From positions 49,600,001-49,664,000 of the forward strand of contig NC_043002.1 in assembly GCF_006345805.1 (NCBI RefSeq): a stretch of DNA of 64,000 bases, written 5' to 3'. Positions 36,580-51,237 of the stretch are shown piece by piece. The first letter of the stretch is position 1, and the number at the start of each line of letters is the position of its first letter. Made by a program: the position numbers and the translations under genes. The notes beneath the pieces are model-generated. The model did no database searches, was not told the origin of the DNA, and saw nothing but the letters and a program-made list of their open reading frames with translations. Origin of the DNA: Octopus sinensis (taxonomy: Eukaryota).

Positions 36580-38062
36580 TATATATATGATAGATAGATA
36601 GATAGATAGATAGATAGAAATGCGTTTATGTATGTTTAAATTACACATTCCATACAGCTATAATTGCGGAGAATCCTTCCCATCAACAGCTACCAACTGA
36701 AAGATCTTATCGATTTTGGCACCTTCCAACAGTGTTGTCCCCTCCAGTGGTGCCTAGCAGCATTGATATTGCCAGGGAATGCCTGAGCTCTCTTGGACAA
36801 CTACACTCTAGCACACTGTTCCTTCTATAATCCATGCAGCCATCCACACTAAGCCAAGCGCAGCTCTAACCATTTCAATCATCCATGAAGCGACTTTTCT
36901 TTAACTTTTCACTAAAGATTCCTTCTTTCCTCTTAATTTTAGTCTTTTTCTCACTTGTGCCATAACCTTGAGAAAGCATTTTCTGCTTCTCTCATTTCGC
37001 GATTTACAGCTCTGTTATTCTTTGAAATCTAATCAAGTAGTTGACCTAGTTGCATCTAGTCACACAACATCCAATGTTAATCGAAATGTGTAGTACATTT
37101 CCACCCCCAGATACCCTAAACCAACTGTATCTGAGTGGGGGTACTTCCTTTCATGTGCCTATCGTCTTCTCAGGATTTTTTTTTCTCAGGCCAAACCATA
37201 CCATAGGATCAGGGTGTTGCTTCGTCAATGCAATATAGCTTAGGAACGAGCATTTCTTTCAAATTCACCTGTACCTTCTTGTTATTAGCATCATGCAGAA
37301 GTCTCGGTTTCAACCAGGGTTGTCCTTTCACACCCCTCAGAGTGCAATTTGGCGTTGTAGTCCACTGCATTTACATTGCTGCTTGTACTTATCTTAATAC
37401 ATCAGTATGGATACTTAACTCTTTGCCTGTCCTGTGATTGATTATATACAAGACGTATTTCCTTAGTGTCCGTGCATTATATATAAGACACAGTCCCAAT
37501 TTTTTTTTTTCGAACATCAAAGCAACTTCGGACATATAAAAGGAAAGCTTTATATTGTTCAGAACTTATCAAGCAAGGCTAACTATAAGTTTGAAAACTA
37601 TCATGGATGTTTGGGACAAACTTATGAAAATGCTTTGGACAGGCAAGATGTTAAGACTTTATGCCGCCAAACATACGAGTACACTCTGAAAAAAGATGAT
37701 TTGCATAATGCGAAAACATACATCAGCGATGCATAATCACCTTATCGGTGCTTATCACTAGTGTTACTCTAGAGTCAACGTCTCCTAGGAATTAGATAAC
37801 ACATTTCCCCATTCTCTCCACTCTTAGTAACGGCATTTTATACACTTGTCGAGGCTAAAATAGGCATTGACAAAAGGACTGCATGGTAACGCCACACCTC
37901 AAACTTACCTGCCAAACCTAGAAGTCTCTCTCAGTTTCACCTCAATTTCAATACCTCTATTTTTCTGTTCCTTGATCGTTGGAATCCGTTCTTCTTCTCC
38001 AATTCAAAGCATAATTTCTTTAGACTATATTTGCATTATGGACACAACAACAACACACATAT

Positions 38063-38109
<47 letters not shown>

Positions 38110-39104
38110 TGCGCTTTGGTAAGCAGTCAGATAGTTGGAATCCATCCAGGCAAGGAGAGATTTTGCTTCTCTATTATGGAAGTTATGCTGTTCATAAAGG
38201 CATGCAGTAGTGGCAGAACCATGCTAGGCGCCTGCTGAATTTGATTCCCCCCGACTATCAATTCAATACCCATCACTAAGAGGACTGGAGAAATGGTACA
38301 CTTAATCACAATATTTACTCTCCAATGCCAGCTAATTTGTCGTAAGCTCCTTATTGGTTATCCATATGAATACAGGTCCAGATTCAAGGGACCACATTAG
38401 AGGTTCACTCGCAAACTCTTGAACAGAAAAACAAGGTATATATCACGTTGAAAGCACCGGTTCTTGACTGATCACTGAAGTTCTACAACGTCGAACCCAG
38501 TTAGTACTCAGAAAGATGACTGCTGGGGGAAAGTAGGTGATTACAGCACCTATCGTGTTAAGAAACTCGCTTTGCAACCACGTGGTTTCGGGTTCAGAAC
38601 CACTGACACTGGGTGTCTTCTACTATTGCCTTAGGCCGACCAATGGCTTGTGAGTGAATACAGTAGGCAGAAACCTGTCGTATATAAGTGTGTGTATTTG
38701 GCTGTGTTTGTTCTACCGCTTGACAACGAGTGTTGATTGTTTTCGACAAGAGAGTACCGACAGAAATAAATACCAGATTTAGGGATCGATTTGTTGGTCT
38801 AAAACCCTTCAAGGCCATACTCCAGTATGGCCGCTGGTGTCCAAAGACTGAAACAAGTAAAAAGGTAATCCGATAGGCGCATAGAGAACTGATTCATAAG
38901 CCTTTTGCCAGGTCAAGTCAGACGATTTGACGGTCTTTAACTTTCCTTCCGAGCTTGGTGACTGGAGCTCTAGGGAGTCCAGGCACACTCGTGATAACCA
39001 GGGAAAACCGCGACCGAGGCTTTATGAATGAACTCTGAGTTCATTCAGTGCTCGAAACTTGGACATCTTTCTTTCGAGCACTCCATCAAATACTTTACCA
39101 TACA

Positions 39105-39144
<40 letters not shown>

Positions 39145-39559
39145 ATTGTGTGTGTGTATACACAGACACACACATATATATATATGTATGTAAAATGAGC
39201 GAAGAATTGCGGGACAGATATCGGGAAGATAGTTTGTGCGCAGATTGATAAAAGATGACGAAATAGGGTTAGGGAAGGATTGATTGATGGATGGATGGAT
39301 AGATGAATATTAACAGATCGATAGCAACATAGCTTGTCAGACAACTAGCTAGCTACATAGCTAGCTGGCTATCTAGGTAGCTGTCCTGGTAGATAAAAGG
39401 ATGGACAGATTAAATAGATATATACAAAGGTGATGGTTGTGGTGGTGATGGTGAAGAATGGATGATTAGATAAATGGATGTGAGGTTAAATATGCATATA
39501 AATTAGATACATAGAGATAAACAAAGAGAGAGAGAGAAAGCGAGAGTGAGTGAGTGAGA

Positions 39560-40106
39560 GAGAGAGAGAGAGTGTGTGTGAGTGAGAGAATGATGAAGTT
39601 TTATAGAAAATAGGAGAAATAATAAGAAAAAGGGGTTCTGGAATGAATGAGAAGCTAAAATTAAATTTTTTAAATAAAAAAGGAAATGGCGGAAGGCGGA
39701 GGAATAAATATTTATTTATAAAACAGCAGATTAAAAGTGAGAAAATGATGTGCGTGTATATATATGCACGTGCGTGTGCGAGTATAAAAATACACAGGTA
39801 TGAGAGAGCAGAGAGCTAGTGGCTGCCACAATTATTCATATATATATATGTGTGTGTGTGTATAGTTAACTACACACATATATATATATATATATAATAT
39901 ATGTGTGTGTGTGTGTATAGTTAACTACACACATATATACATTGTACATTGAATGAATGCTCTCTACCTTGCACAGTTTTGTTATTGGTCTTGTTTCATG
40001 AGCAGAAACAAATAACAACAATCACACACCAGTACACACCTTGTGTAAACCTCTCACACATACAAAACACACAGACGTGATGTCTCTGTGTGAGACATAT
40101 ATGTAT

Positions 40107-40153
<47 letters not shown>

Positions 40154-40228
40154 GCCCCTTTCCTTTCTCTTCTCCTATATACTAATCACACTCAACAGGA
40201 ACAAGAACCAGCGCTACCAAGTCAAAGA

Positions 40229-40270
<42 letters not shown>

Positions 40271-41066
40271 AATCAACAACTGCAACAGCAGAAAGCAAAA
40301 ATACATAATAATAAAAAAAATAATAATAAAAAAAGCTAACAAAGAAAAAAAAGAACCCTACAAAAACATAGCAAAATCTCCCAACACCTACCACTACCAC
40401 CACCACTACTACTAATACTACTACTCATACTATTTATGCTGGTATTAACATCAAGAAGAAGAAGAAGAAGAAGAAGAAGAAGAGGAGGAAGAAGAAGAAG
40501 AAAAAGAAAAGGAAGGAGAAGAGGAGGACGACGAAGTAGAAGCCAGCTGGCTGTGCTGTTCTGGCTCCTCTTATCTGAGAAACAATTTCTTGAAAATAAG
40601 CAAGAAATTATGACCAATCAAAATATTTATGACCTGGTGCCAGGTCAGGCAACAAAAGATTTATGATAATTTGCCTGTCAAAGGCAACTTGGCAGTTTTA
40701 GTAAAACATCATAACTCATTGTCATCTGCTAGACACACTGGAACCAGAGAAATGATAGCTTCCCCCAACGGAGGGAGATGGGTCTTGACGGTTGCCATAG
40801 AGACATCACTGCCGAGATCCATCACTGTCGTTTATCATTCTTATCAGACAGAAACTCGCGGCGGCGGCGGCGGCGGCGGCGGCGACGGCAGTGGTGGTGA
40901 TGATGGCGATGGTGGTGATGGTGGTGGTGGTGGCGGGAGAGGCTCCATAGTTGATGTAGAGGCGAAGGTGATGGTGCTGTTGTTGTTGTTGTTGGTGGTG
41001 GTGGTCGTGGTGGGGGTGGAGGTAATGGTGAGGATTGACGCAAGGGGTGCGGGTGGGAACATACGA

Positions 41067-41097
<31 letters not shown>

Positions 41098-42210
41098 GTG
41101 GAGAGTTAAAGAAGTAATAAGCGAGAGTGAGAATATAGAAAGAGAGAGAGAGAGAGAAGGGGACATAAAGTGTAAAGGAAAGAGAGAGAGAGAGAGAGAG
41201 AGAGAAAAGTGTGCAAGGAGAGAGAAAAAAAGAGAGAGAAGAAAAGAACGAAGAAAGTAAGGGGTAGAAGTGACGGGTGGTTTGTATATAGGGGTAGGGT
41301 GTATGGAATATATAAAAAAAAACTAAGGATGGGAAAGGGAATTTAACATAACATGTGTGTGGGTGTATTGACGAATGTGTGGTGAGGTACATGTGTGGAA
41401 ATGCCACCCTTCAATTCCTGTTACTCTAAACGCACACACACACACACAACATTTAATCTACCCTTCGCTCTCTTTCTCTTCCACTCACAATCATATCTGG
41501 TTCGTGTTATGTAGACAGATATACATATATGTATAGGACATACCAACATTATACATACACACANNNNNNNNNNNNNNNNNNNNNNNNNNNNNNNNNNNNN
41601 NNNNNNNNNNNNNNNNNNNNNNNNNNNNNNNNNNNNNNNNNNNNNNNNNNNNNNNNNNNNNNNAAGAGAGAGAGAGTGTGTGAGTGAGAGAATGATGAAG
41701 TTTTTATAGAAATAGGAGAAATATAATAAGAAAAAGGGGTTCTGGAATGAATGAGAAGCTAAAATTAATTTTTTAAATAAAAAGGAAATGGCGGAAGGCG
41801 GAGGAATAAATATTTATTTATAAAACCGCAGATTAAAAGTGAGAAAATGATGTGCGTGTATATATATGCACGTGCGTGTGCGAGTATAATACACAGGTAT
41901 GAGAGAGCAGAGAGCTAGTGGCTGCCACAATTATTCATATATATATATGTGTGTGTGTGTATAGTTACTACACACAATATATATATATATATATATATGT
42001 GTTGTGGTGTGTGTATAGTTTACTACACACATATACATTGTACTTGAATGAATGCTCTCTACCTTGCACAGTTTTGTTATTGGTCTTGTTTCATGAGCAG
42101 AAACAAATAACAACAATCACACACCAGTACACACCTTGTGTAAACCTCTCACACATACAAACACACAGACGTGATGTCTCTGTGTGAGACATATATGTAT
42201 GTGATATATA

Positions 42211-42247
<37 letters not shown>

Positions 42248-42322
42248 GCCCTTTTCCTTTCTCTTCTCCTATATACTAATCACAACTCAACAGGACAAGA
42301 ACCAGCGCTACCAAGTCAAAGA

Positions 42323-42364
<42 letters not shown>

Positions 42365-43164
42365 AATCAACAACTGCAACAGCAGAAAGCAAAAATACAA
42401 TAATAATAAAAAAAATAATAATAAAAAAAAGCTAAACAAAGAAAAAAAAAGAACCCTACAAAAACATAGCAAAATCTCCCAACACCTACCACTACCACCA
42501 CCACTACTACTAATACTACTACTCATACTATTTATGCTGGTATTAACATCAAGAAGAAGAAGAAGAAGAAGAAGAAGAAGAGGAGGAAGAAGAAGAAGAA
42601 AAAGAAAAGGAAGGAGAAGAGGAGGACGACGAAGTAGAAGCCAGCTGGCTGTGCTGTTCTGGCTCCTCTTATCTGAGAAACAATTTCTTGAAAATAAGCA
42701 AGAAATTATGACCAATCAAAATATTTATGACCTGGTGCCAGGTCAGGCAACAAAAGATTTATGATAATTTGCCTGTCAAAGGCAACTTGGCAGTTTTAGT
42801 AAAACATCATAACTCATTGTCATCTGCTAGACACACTGGAACCAGAGAAATGATAGCTTCCCCCAACGGAGGGAGATGGGTCTTGACGGTTGCCATAGAG
42901 ACATCACTGCCGAGATCCATCACTGTCGTTTATCATTCTTATCAGACAGAAACTCGCGGCGGCGGCGGCGGCGGCGGCGGCGACGGCAGTGGTGGTGATG
43001 ATGGCGATGGTGGTGATGGTGGTGGTGGTGGCGGGAGAGGCTCCATAGTTGATGTAGAGGCGAAGGTGATGGTGCTGTTGTTGTTGTTGTTGGTGGTGGT
43101 GGTCGTGGTGGGGGTGGAGGTAATGGTGAGGATTGACGCAAGGGGTGCGGGTGGGAACATACGA

Positions 43165-43195
<31 letters not shown>

Positions 43196-43660
43196 GTGGA
43201 GAGTTAAAGAAGTAATAAGCGAGAGTGAGAATATAGAAAGAGAGAGAGAGAGAGAAGGGGACATAAAGTGTAAAGGAAAGAGAGAGAGAGAGAGAGAGAG
43301 AGAAAAGTGTGCAAGGAGAGAGAAAAAAAGAGAGAGAAGAAAAGAACGAAGAAAGTAAGGGGTAGAAGTGACGGGTGGTTTGTATATAGGGGTAGGGTGT
43401 ATGGAATATATAAAAAAAAACTAAGGATGGGAAAGTGAATTTAACATAACATGTGTGTGGGTGTATTGACGAATGTGTGGTGAGGTACATGGGTGGAAAT
43501 GGCCACCCTTCAATTCCTGTTACTCTAACACGCACACACACACCACACACACATTTAATCTACCCTTCGCTCTCTTTCTCTTCCACTCACATCATATCTG
43601 GTTCGTGTTATGTAGACAGATATACATATATGTATAGACATACCAACATTATACATACAC
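39560..43660 (+). repeat. ~2.1-kb near-identical direct duplication flanking an assembly gap
   Basis: 39560-41563 matches 41664-43660 at an offset of ~2100; identical ORFs at 40436/42534 and 40629/42727. Confidence 0.95.
41564..41663. other. Assembly gap (100 N)
   Basis: Run of exactly 100 n characters. Confidence 1.
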
Positions 43661-45228
43661 ACATACATACATATACATACATGTATATATACATATACAT
43701 ATATACATACATACATATACATATATATATATACATACATACATATACATATATATATATACATACATACATATACATATATATATACATACATACTATA
43801 CATATATATATATCATCATACATATACATATATATATATACTACATACATATACATATATATATATACATACATACATATACATATATATATATACATAC
43901 ATACATATACATATATATCATATATACATATATACATACATACATATACATATACATATATATACATATACATACATACATATATACATACATACATATA
44001 CATATATATATATATACTATATATCCATAATATACATATATATATATATACATATATATACATACATATACATATATATATATATACATATATAATATAT
44101 ATACATACACATATGGCGCAGGAGTGGCTGTGTGGTAAGTAGCTTGCTACCAACCACATGTTCCGGGTTCAGTCCCACTGCGTGGCACCTTGGGCAAGTG
44201 TCTTCTACTATAGCCTCGGGCCGACCAAAGCCTTGTGAGTGGATTTGGTAGACGGACACTGAAACGAAGCCTGTCGTATATATGTATATATATATATATG
44301 CGTATGTGTGTTTTTGTGTCTGTGTTTGTCCCCCTAGCATTGCTTGACAACCGATGCTGGTATGTTTATGTCCCCCGTTACTTAGCGGTTCGGCAAAAAG
44401 AGACCGATAGAATAGAAGTACAGGGCTTACAAAAGAATAAGTCCCGGGTCGAGTTTGTTCGATTAAAGGCGGTGCTCCAGCATGGCCGCAGTCAAATGAC
44501 TGAAACAATAAAGAGTAAAAAGAGATATATATATATATACATATAATATATTATACATACACATATATATATATACATCACATATATATATATACATACA
44601 TATATATATATATACATACATATATATATTTACATACATATATATATATATACATACATATATATTATATACATACAATATATATATATACATACATATA
44701 TATATATACATACATATATATACTATACATACATATATATATACATACATATATATATATTAACATACATATATATATATATACATACATATTATATATT
44801 ATACATACATATATATATATACATACATATATATATATATACTACATATATATATATATACATACATATATATATATACTACATACATACAAATATATAT
44901 ACATACATACATACATATATATACATACATACATAACATATATAATACATACATACTACATATATAATACTACATACATACATATATATATACATACATA
45001 CATACATATATATATACATACATACATACATATATATATACATACATACATACATATATATATACATACATACATATATATATACATATACATATATATA
45101 TCATAACATACATATATATATATATACATACATACAATATATTATCTACATACATATTATATATATACATACATATATATTATATATACATACATATATA
45201 TATACATACATATATATATATATCATAC

Positions 45229-45299
<71 letters not shown>

Positions 45300-45380
45300 T
45301 CAATATATATAGATATATATTATATATATATATATATATATACCGATTATATATATATATACATACTATAATATATATAC

Positions 45381-45411
<31 letters not shown>

Positions 45412-45432
45412 CATATATATATATACATATAT

Positions 45433-45466
<34 letters not shown>

Positions 45467-45725
45467 TTACATATATATATATATATACATACTATATATA
45501 TATATATACATACATATATATATATACATACATATATATATATACATACATATTATATATATATACACACACAAATATATATATATACATACATACATAT
45601 ACACACACACATACATATACACACACACACACACATAGCTAACTACATACGTACACATATTCATACACATACATAATACACAACATACATGCAAACATAC
45701 ATACAGCAGATATATATATATATAT
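43660..45725. repeat. ~2-kb compound (TA)n/(TACA)n microsatellite field containing one SINE
   Basis: Continuous tata/taca mosaic interrupted only by the family A SINE at 44114-44520. Confidence 0.95.
44114..44520 (+). mobile_element. SINE family A, full length and young
   Basis: ggcgcaggagtggctgtgtggtaagtagc...gttccgggttcagtcccactgcgtggcaccttgggcaagtgtc...(ta)n...aaggcggtgctccagcatggccgcagtcaaatgactgaaac. Confidence 0.95.
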
Positions 45726-46145
45726 AGAGATGTACACATAGCCACTGACAAATGTTATTAGTTAAGAGTGATGTTGACGGTATTGGCTGCTGCTGCTGCT
45801 GCTATTGACTGATGGTGGTGATGGTGGTGATGGCGATGGAGACGTAGCAAAAGGGTGGAACGGGAAATGGAGGTGGTTTGGTTGGGTGGGGGGGCGGTGA
45901 AGAGGGAAGAATGAGTGTTGGTAGAAGAGCATGTTTGGCAGGGAAGGTGAAGAAGAAAGAAAGGAAGTAGAAAGCAATGAAGGGTACAAGAGAGGAGGAA
46001 AAAAAAAAGGTAGAAGTTCACGAGGGGGTGGAGTGGAGTGGAGGGAAAAAGATGTAGGAACGAAGAGGGTGGTGTAATTAAGGGGTAAATAGAGACACAG
46101 AGATGAAACCACCGTATATAGGGGTCAATACATACATACGTATAC

Positions 46146-46197
<52 letters not shown>

Positions 46198-46781
46198 CAC
46201 AAACGCGCGAAATACAGGGTGGATAACAAATAATAAAGGAACTTAGAGATTATGTAACTATATATGGCTGAGTGGTAAGAAGTTTCCCAACCACATGGTT
46301 CTGGGTTGAGTCCCACTGTGTGGCACCTTGGGCAAGTGTCTTGTGAGAGGATTTGGTAGACGGAAACTGAAAGAAACCCGTCGTGTATATATATATAGAT
46401 ATACACACACATACATACACGTATGTGTGTGTGTGTTTGTACCTGCGATTGTCCCCCCCCCCACCACCACCACCATTGCTTAACAACCGGTGTTGGCGTG
46501 TTTACGTCCTCATAAGCTAGCGGTTCGGCAATAGGTACCATTTGAATATGTACCAGTCATTAAAAAAAATTTACAGGGGCCGATCCTTTCGACCAAAATT
46601 CTTCAAGGCGGTGCCTAGCAAGTTAAAGAATAGAAGAACTTTTATTAATGTATATGTGTGTGTGTGTGTGTGTGTATTCATACATACAATACACACACAC
46701 TTATATACATACACGCTCATGAAATATAGAGTAGGTAATAAAAATAAATACACTTAAGGATTATGTAATTGTACAAAGATG

Positions 46782-46828
<47 letters not shown>

Positions 46829-46953
46829 GTTTTCACACGTAGACACAAACATATATAGCCCCTGTGTGTATATATATATTTATATGATGTATGTTGAAAT
46901 TGAGAAGCAATGTAAATTATATTCTTTACACTTACGAATTACATAGCTCAATG

Positions 46954-46984
<31 letters not shown>

Positions 46985-47462
46985 TGAATGTTGTTAATTT
47001 TGAAATGCCTAAGCTGCGTATCTTACCATTATACATGCACAAAGAAGGATCTATAGAAGTTTAAAAGAAAAATTATGTAATGACAACATAAATTGATAAT
47101 GATCACACATACATACATACATACATACATACATACATACATACATACATACATACATACATACATACATACATACATACATACATACATACATACATAC
47201 ATACATGTCCTGTTTTTCCCATTATTGTTTTTTGTATTTTATATTCGTGTGGCATCGTCCGTTTTTCTGTCCCTGTTTCGTATACATTCGATCCTTTTCC
47301 CAAGAAATCTAATGCTCGTAGCTTAGTTTTTCCTTGGGGCTGGCCGGATCGGAGCGATCTCAAGATTAATCAGCCGAAATTGCGAGGATGATCCGTTCTT
47401 GACTGAAGATTTTTGTATCGTCTTCTAAATGTTTTACGTTCTTGTCCCAGTTTGTATTTTTC

Positions 47463-47502
<40 letters not shown>

Positions 47503-47974
47503 ATATATATATACTCACACGAAACATGCATGCACACGTTACATAATGCATCAACATGCATAGAAATACATGCACACACTCAAACAGGTAAGCATATATA
47601 CATCATACAATACCTAACATGTTGCTGTATAAAAGAGACGCTGTCATTCTGTATGGGACTGCATATATACATCGTTCCTATTATGCAAAAGTGTCGTAAG
47701 TCCAAAACGTTGCTTTTTACAGAAAACTAAAAAATAGTTTCACCATTCCATAGTAAAACCGTTGTAATATATACACTTTGACAATTTTTAATACTTGGCA
47801 TCTGAAGCAGCTGGAGATACGATAGTTTGACCAAAAGAACTGGCGATTGCAAACAAAAATAGATATTGAAAAAAGAAGGAAAAAAAAACGCATTTGGCCA
47901 AATTTGGACATACAACAGCTTAACATAATGGCAACGAGACCCCCGACACATACACAATTATTATTGTTATTATA

Positions 47975-48885
47975 AAGGCAGCGAGATGGCAGAATTCTTA
48001 CCACGCTGGAAAAAAATGCTTAACAAAGCATTTCTTCCGACTTTACGTTCTGAGTTCAAATGCCGCCGGGGTCGATAAAATAAATAAACTCTGGGGTCGG
48101 TGTGATCAACTTACTACACCTTCCCTCGAAATTGCTGACCATGTGCAAAAATTTGAAATTATTATTATAAAAGCTGTGAGCTGGCGGAATCGTTAGCACG
48201 CCGGGCAAAATGCTTAGCGGCATTTCGTCCGTCTTTACGTTCTGAGTTCAAATTCCGCCGAGGTTGACTTTGCCTTTTATCCTTTCGGAGTTGATAAATT
48301 AAGTACCAGTTGCGTACTAGGGTTGATCTAATCGATTGACCCCCCCCCCCGCATCAAATTTCAGGTCTTGTACCTATTGTAGAAAGGATTATTAATATTA
48401 ATATTATTATTGTTGTTGTTGTTGATGTTTGTGGTGTTCGTCAAGGCAGTTTCATTCCCAATACAATGACTGAAGCAAAATGAAAGTTAAAGAATTTATA
48501 TAGGCGCAGACGTTCCTGTGTGATAAGAAGCTTGCTTCCCAACTACGTGGTTCCGGGTCTTCTACTATAGCCTCGGGCCAACTAAAGCTTTGTGAATGGG
48601 TTTGATTTGGCCGGTGGAAACTGAAAGAAGCCCGTCGCTTATATATATATATATGTGTGTGTGTGTATGTATATGTTTGTGTGTCTGTGTTTGTCCCCCT
48701 CACCATCGCTTGACAACCGATGTTGTTGGTGTATTTACGTCTCTGTAACTTACCGGTTCGGCAAAAGAGATCGATAGAATAAGTACTAGGCTTACAAAGA
48801 ATAAGTTATGGGGTTGATTCGTTCGACTAAAAGTGGTGCTCCAGCACGGCCGCAGTCAAATGACTGAAACAAGTAAAAGAATGAT
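47975..48885 (+). mobile_element. Two family B SINEs followed by a family A SINE
   Basis: B copies at ~47975-48165 and 48172-48395; A copy at 48502-48885. Confidence 0.85.
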
Positions 48886-50224
48886 TGTGTGTGTAAACGA
48901 GAGAGAGAATGAGAGAGAGAGAGAGAGAGAGAGTGCAGAACGGTAAAACAGGAGAGAAGTATGTTTATTCATTAACAAACATATTACTTGTACGTGTGTG
49001 TGTGTGTGTATCTATTTGTGTTCCCGTCGGTTATAAGTAGGGTGGCACGAGGAGATTACATGGCTGCCGTCAGCTTCCCACACAAGCCTGTAATCCTCAC
49101 CGTCCGTTCTCACCCCGCACACACCCTTCTGATGGTATAAACTTCCTCAGCCTCGAACTTTGATTCGCGGTGGAGTTGTCGGCGGTAGCGGTAGCGGCGG
49201 CGGCGGCGGGAGCAATTCGACACTCGTTACAACTTCCTACCGCTATCAAATCTCTTCATTCTCCTCCACCACCACCACCACCACCGCAACCACCACTTCC
49301 ATCTCGATATCATTGCCATAATAACCACCACAACCACAACTGATACGTCTGTCTGTTACCGCCGCCATAATCACTACCAAAACCAAACCATACGATTTAC
49401 CTCCATTATAACCACTATAATTACCGCCACTGCACACCCAACTACGATCGGCACCACCACCACCACCACCACTACTACTACCAATATAAGTACATCATCT
49501 CCACCACCAAACACCAACGCAGCCGGCCGTGTATTGGCTCTCTCCGTTAGTGGCACCACAACCCCTACTCTCTCTCTCTCTCCCTCTCTCTCTCATACAT
49601 ACACTGCAACCTCACTAGCAAAATCACTAAAGGTTCACCACCACAATTTTTACCCCTTACCAACACTTTCTGTCGTTCTCTCAATAACCACCACCACCAC
49701 CACCACCACCACCTCCACCACTATTACCAACGCCACTGCCGCCGCCGCCTCCGCTGCCACAAAAATCATCCATGTCCCTCCGCCCCGTCTACACCGCTGC
49801 GTTCCCTGCAATTTTCTAACAATTAATTCCCTGACATGGTCAATGTTGTGGTATAGGGCAGCGAGAGTGTTGGGTAAGGGAACGGATAGAGGAGTGGGTG
49901 GAGATTGCTGATAATGTTACTGATGTTACTGCTGCTGCTGCTGATGATGGTGATGTTTTATGTTGTTCCTATTGCTTCCGTGGACAAACGTTGTCTTGAC
50001 ACAAACATACTCACTCACCCCCACTACCACGCCTAGACATATTCACTCACGCACATATATATATATATATAAGGTGACTTACACGCCTCGCCGTTAAAAG
50101 TAGATACTGTGTTTAAAACATCGTGTTTTTTATTTTTATTTTCCACAAAGAAGCTAAAAATATGTTTACTAAAAAACACCTACTCCCATTTGTTCACATT
50201 ATCCGTCTATCCTAACATCGTATC

Positions 50225-50256
<32 letters not shown>

Positions 50257-50318
50257 CACACAAACACAATATTAATTAATCATATTCCGAAGTGAGTGAG
50301 AAATAAAGTAGTTGTTCC

Positions 50319-50464
50319 GTATGTTTACAGCTGTTTCGTGATCTGTATCCAGTTACATCACCAACGCACGAGCGTCCTAAACACGCATATATATATACAT
50401 AGGTGTGCATGGAGATGCATATATATATAGCTGTGTTGTAACATAAGATTCCTCATCAACGTAC
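50319..50464 (-). ncRNA. Second hammerhead-like motif with ~120-nt stem II insertion
   Basis: Minus strand gtacgtt-GATGAG-gaatc...gatc-a-CGAAAC-AGCT-GTA-aacatac. Stem I arms gtacgtt/aacatac pair 6 of 7. The first two core bases are missing or altered. Confidence 0.4.
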
Positions 50465-50965
50465 TGTTTGATACTTTGAACATTTGAACCCCTATTCCTG
50501 TTATGTTATGTGAGTATCTGTATGTGTGTGTGTGTGTGTAGACAGAGAGAGAAGTAGAAATATTGAACACGTACGTACTGAAAAGTCGACCATGCTAACC
50601 TCGATCTGCAGTATAAAATGGTAATTAAGTCAGGCGGCAAGCTGGCAGAAACGTTAGCACGCCGGGTGAAATGGGTAGCCGTATTTCGTCTGCCGTTATG
50701 TTCTGAGTTCAAATACCGTAAAGAAATAAGTATTTCGTCTGCCGTTGCGTTCTGTGTGTGTGTGTGTGTGTATGAGAGAGAGTGGGGGTGGAAGGGAGAT
50801 AACAGGATGTAACTTGAGAGAGGTTTGGCTGCTATATCTAGGAGATCAAGCAATTATGTGGATCAGTGATTCAGACCTATAGTGAGGAGCGTTCCATTAA
50901 GATGTGTTACCTTGTTTTTTGGTTGTTTTATTTTTCTGGGACAGAGTGTATCTAGAACTACCATT

Positions 50966-51237
50966 GGAAAGGCTTCCGCCTGTCCGCACCCGCCTTTTCT
51001 CCTAAATTTGTGTATTTAAAAAATTCTTTTTTGCCCCAAATCCCCGTTTTCAGATACAGAGGTTTCGAAAAATTGCCAAAAATCGGCAATGTCAAATTCC
51101 TCCCGCCCCAACTTTAGAAATATCGATTTTTGCCAATGTTTTTGCAGATTCGTATTCCCCCGTAGCCGAAAAGCGGAGTGGTGTCCAAAAAAACTTTTTT
51201 AAAGGGTGGTTTGAGAGGGGGAGGCGGAAGTCTTGTC
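50966..51237. mobile_element. Unclassified GC-rich MITE with 7-8 bp TSD
   Basis: ctaccatt flanks both sides (50958-50965 and 51238-51245). Imperfect TIR ggaaaggcttccgcc / ggcggaagtcttgtcc. The element is absent from the paralogous site at ~54780. Confidence 0.8.

Noticed and set aside
36650-37450. Possible highly decayed LINE coding remnant (REAENAFSRLWHK on minus)
   Set aside because: Similarity to RTE motifs is too short and interrupted to call without a profile search.
37511-37736. 74-codon stop-free frame (EHQSNFGH...YISDA)
   Set aside because: No start codon, no recognisable family, and no partner exons. An alternate frame only vaguely resembles a Tc1 DDE segment.
40629-41117. 162-aa Gly/Val-rich ORF present twice
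   Set aside because: Its 3' half is GGC/GGT/GA repeat, and the apparent paralogy comes from the gap-flanking duplication.
44114-44190. SINE heads as tRNA genes
   Set aside because: They have A and B boxes but no complete cloverleaf, and they continue into shared SINE bodies.
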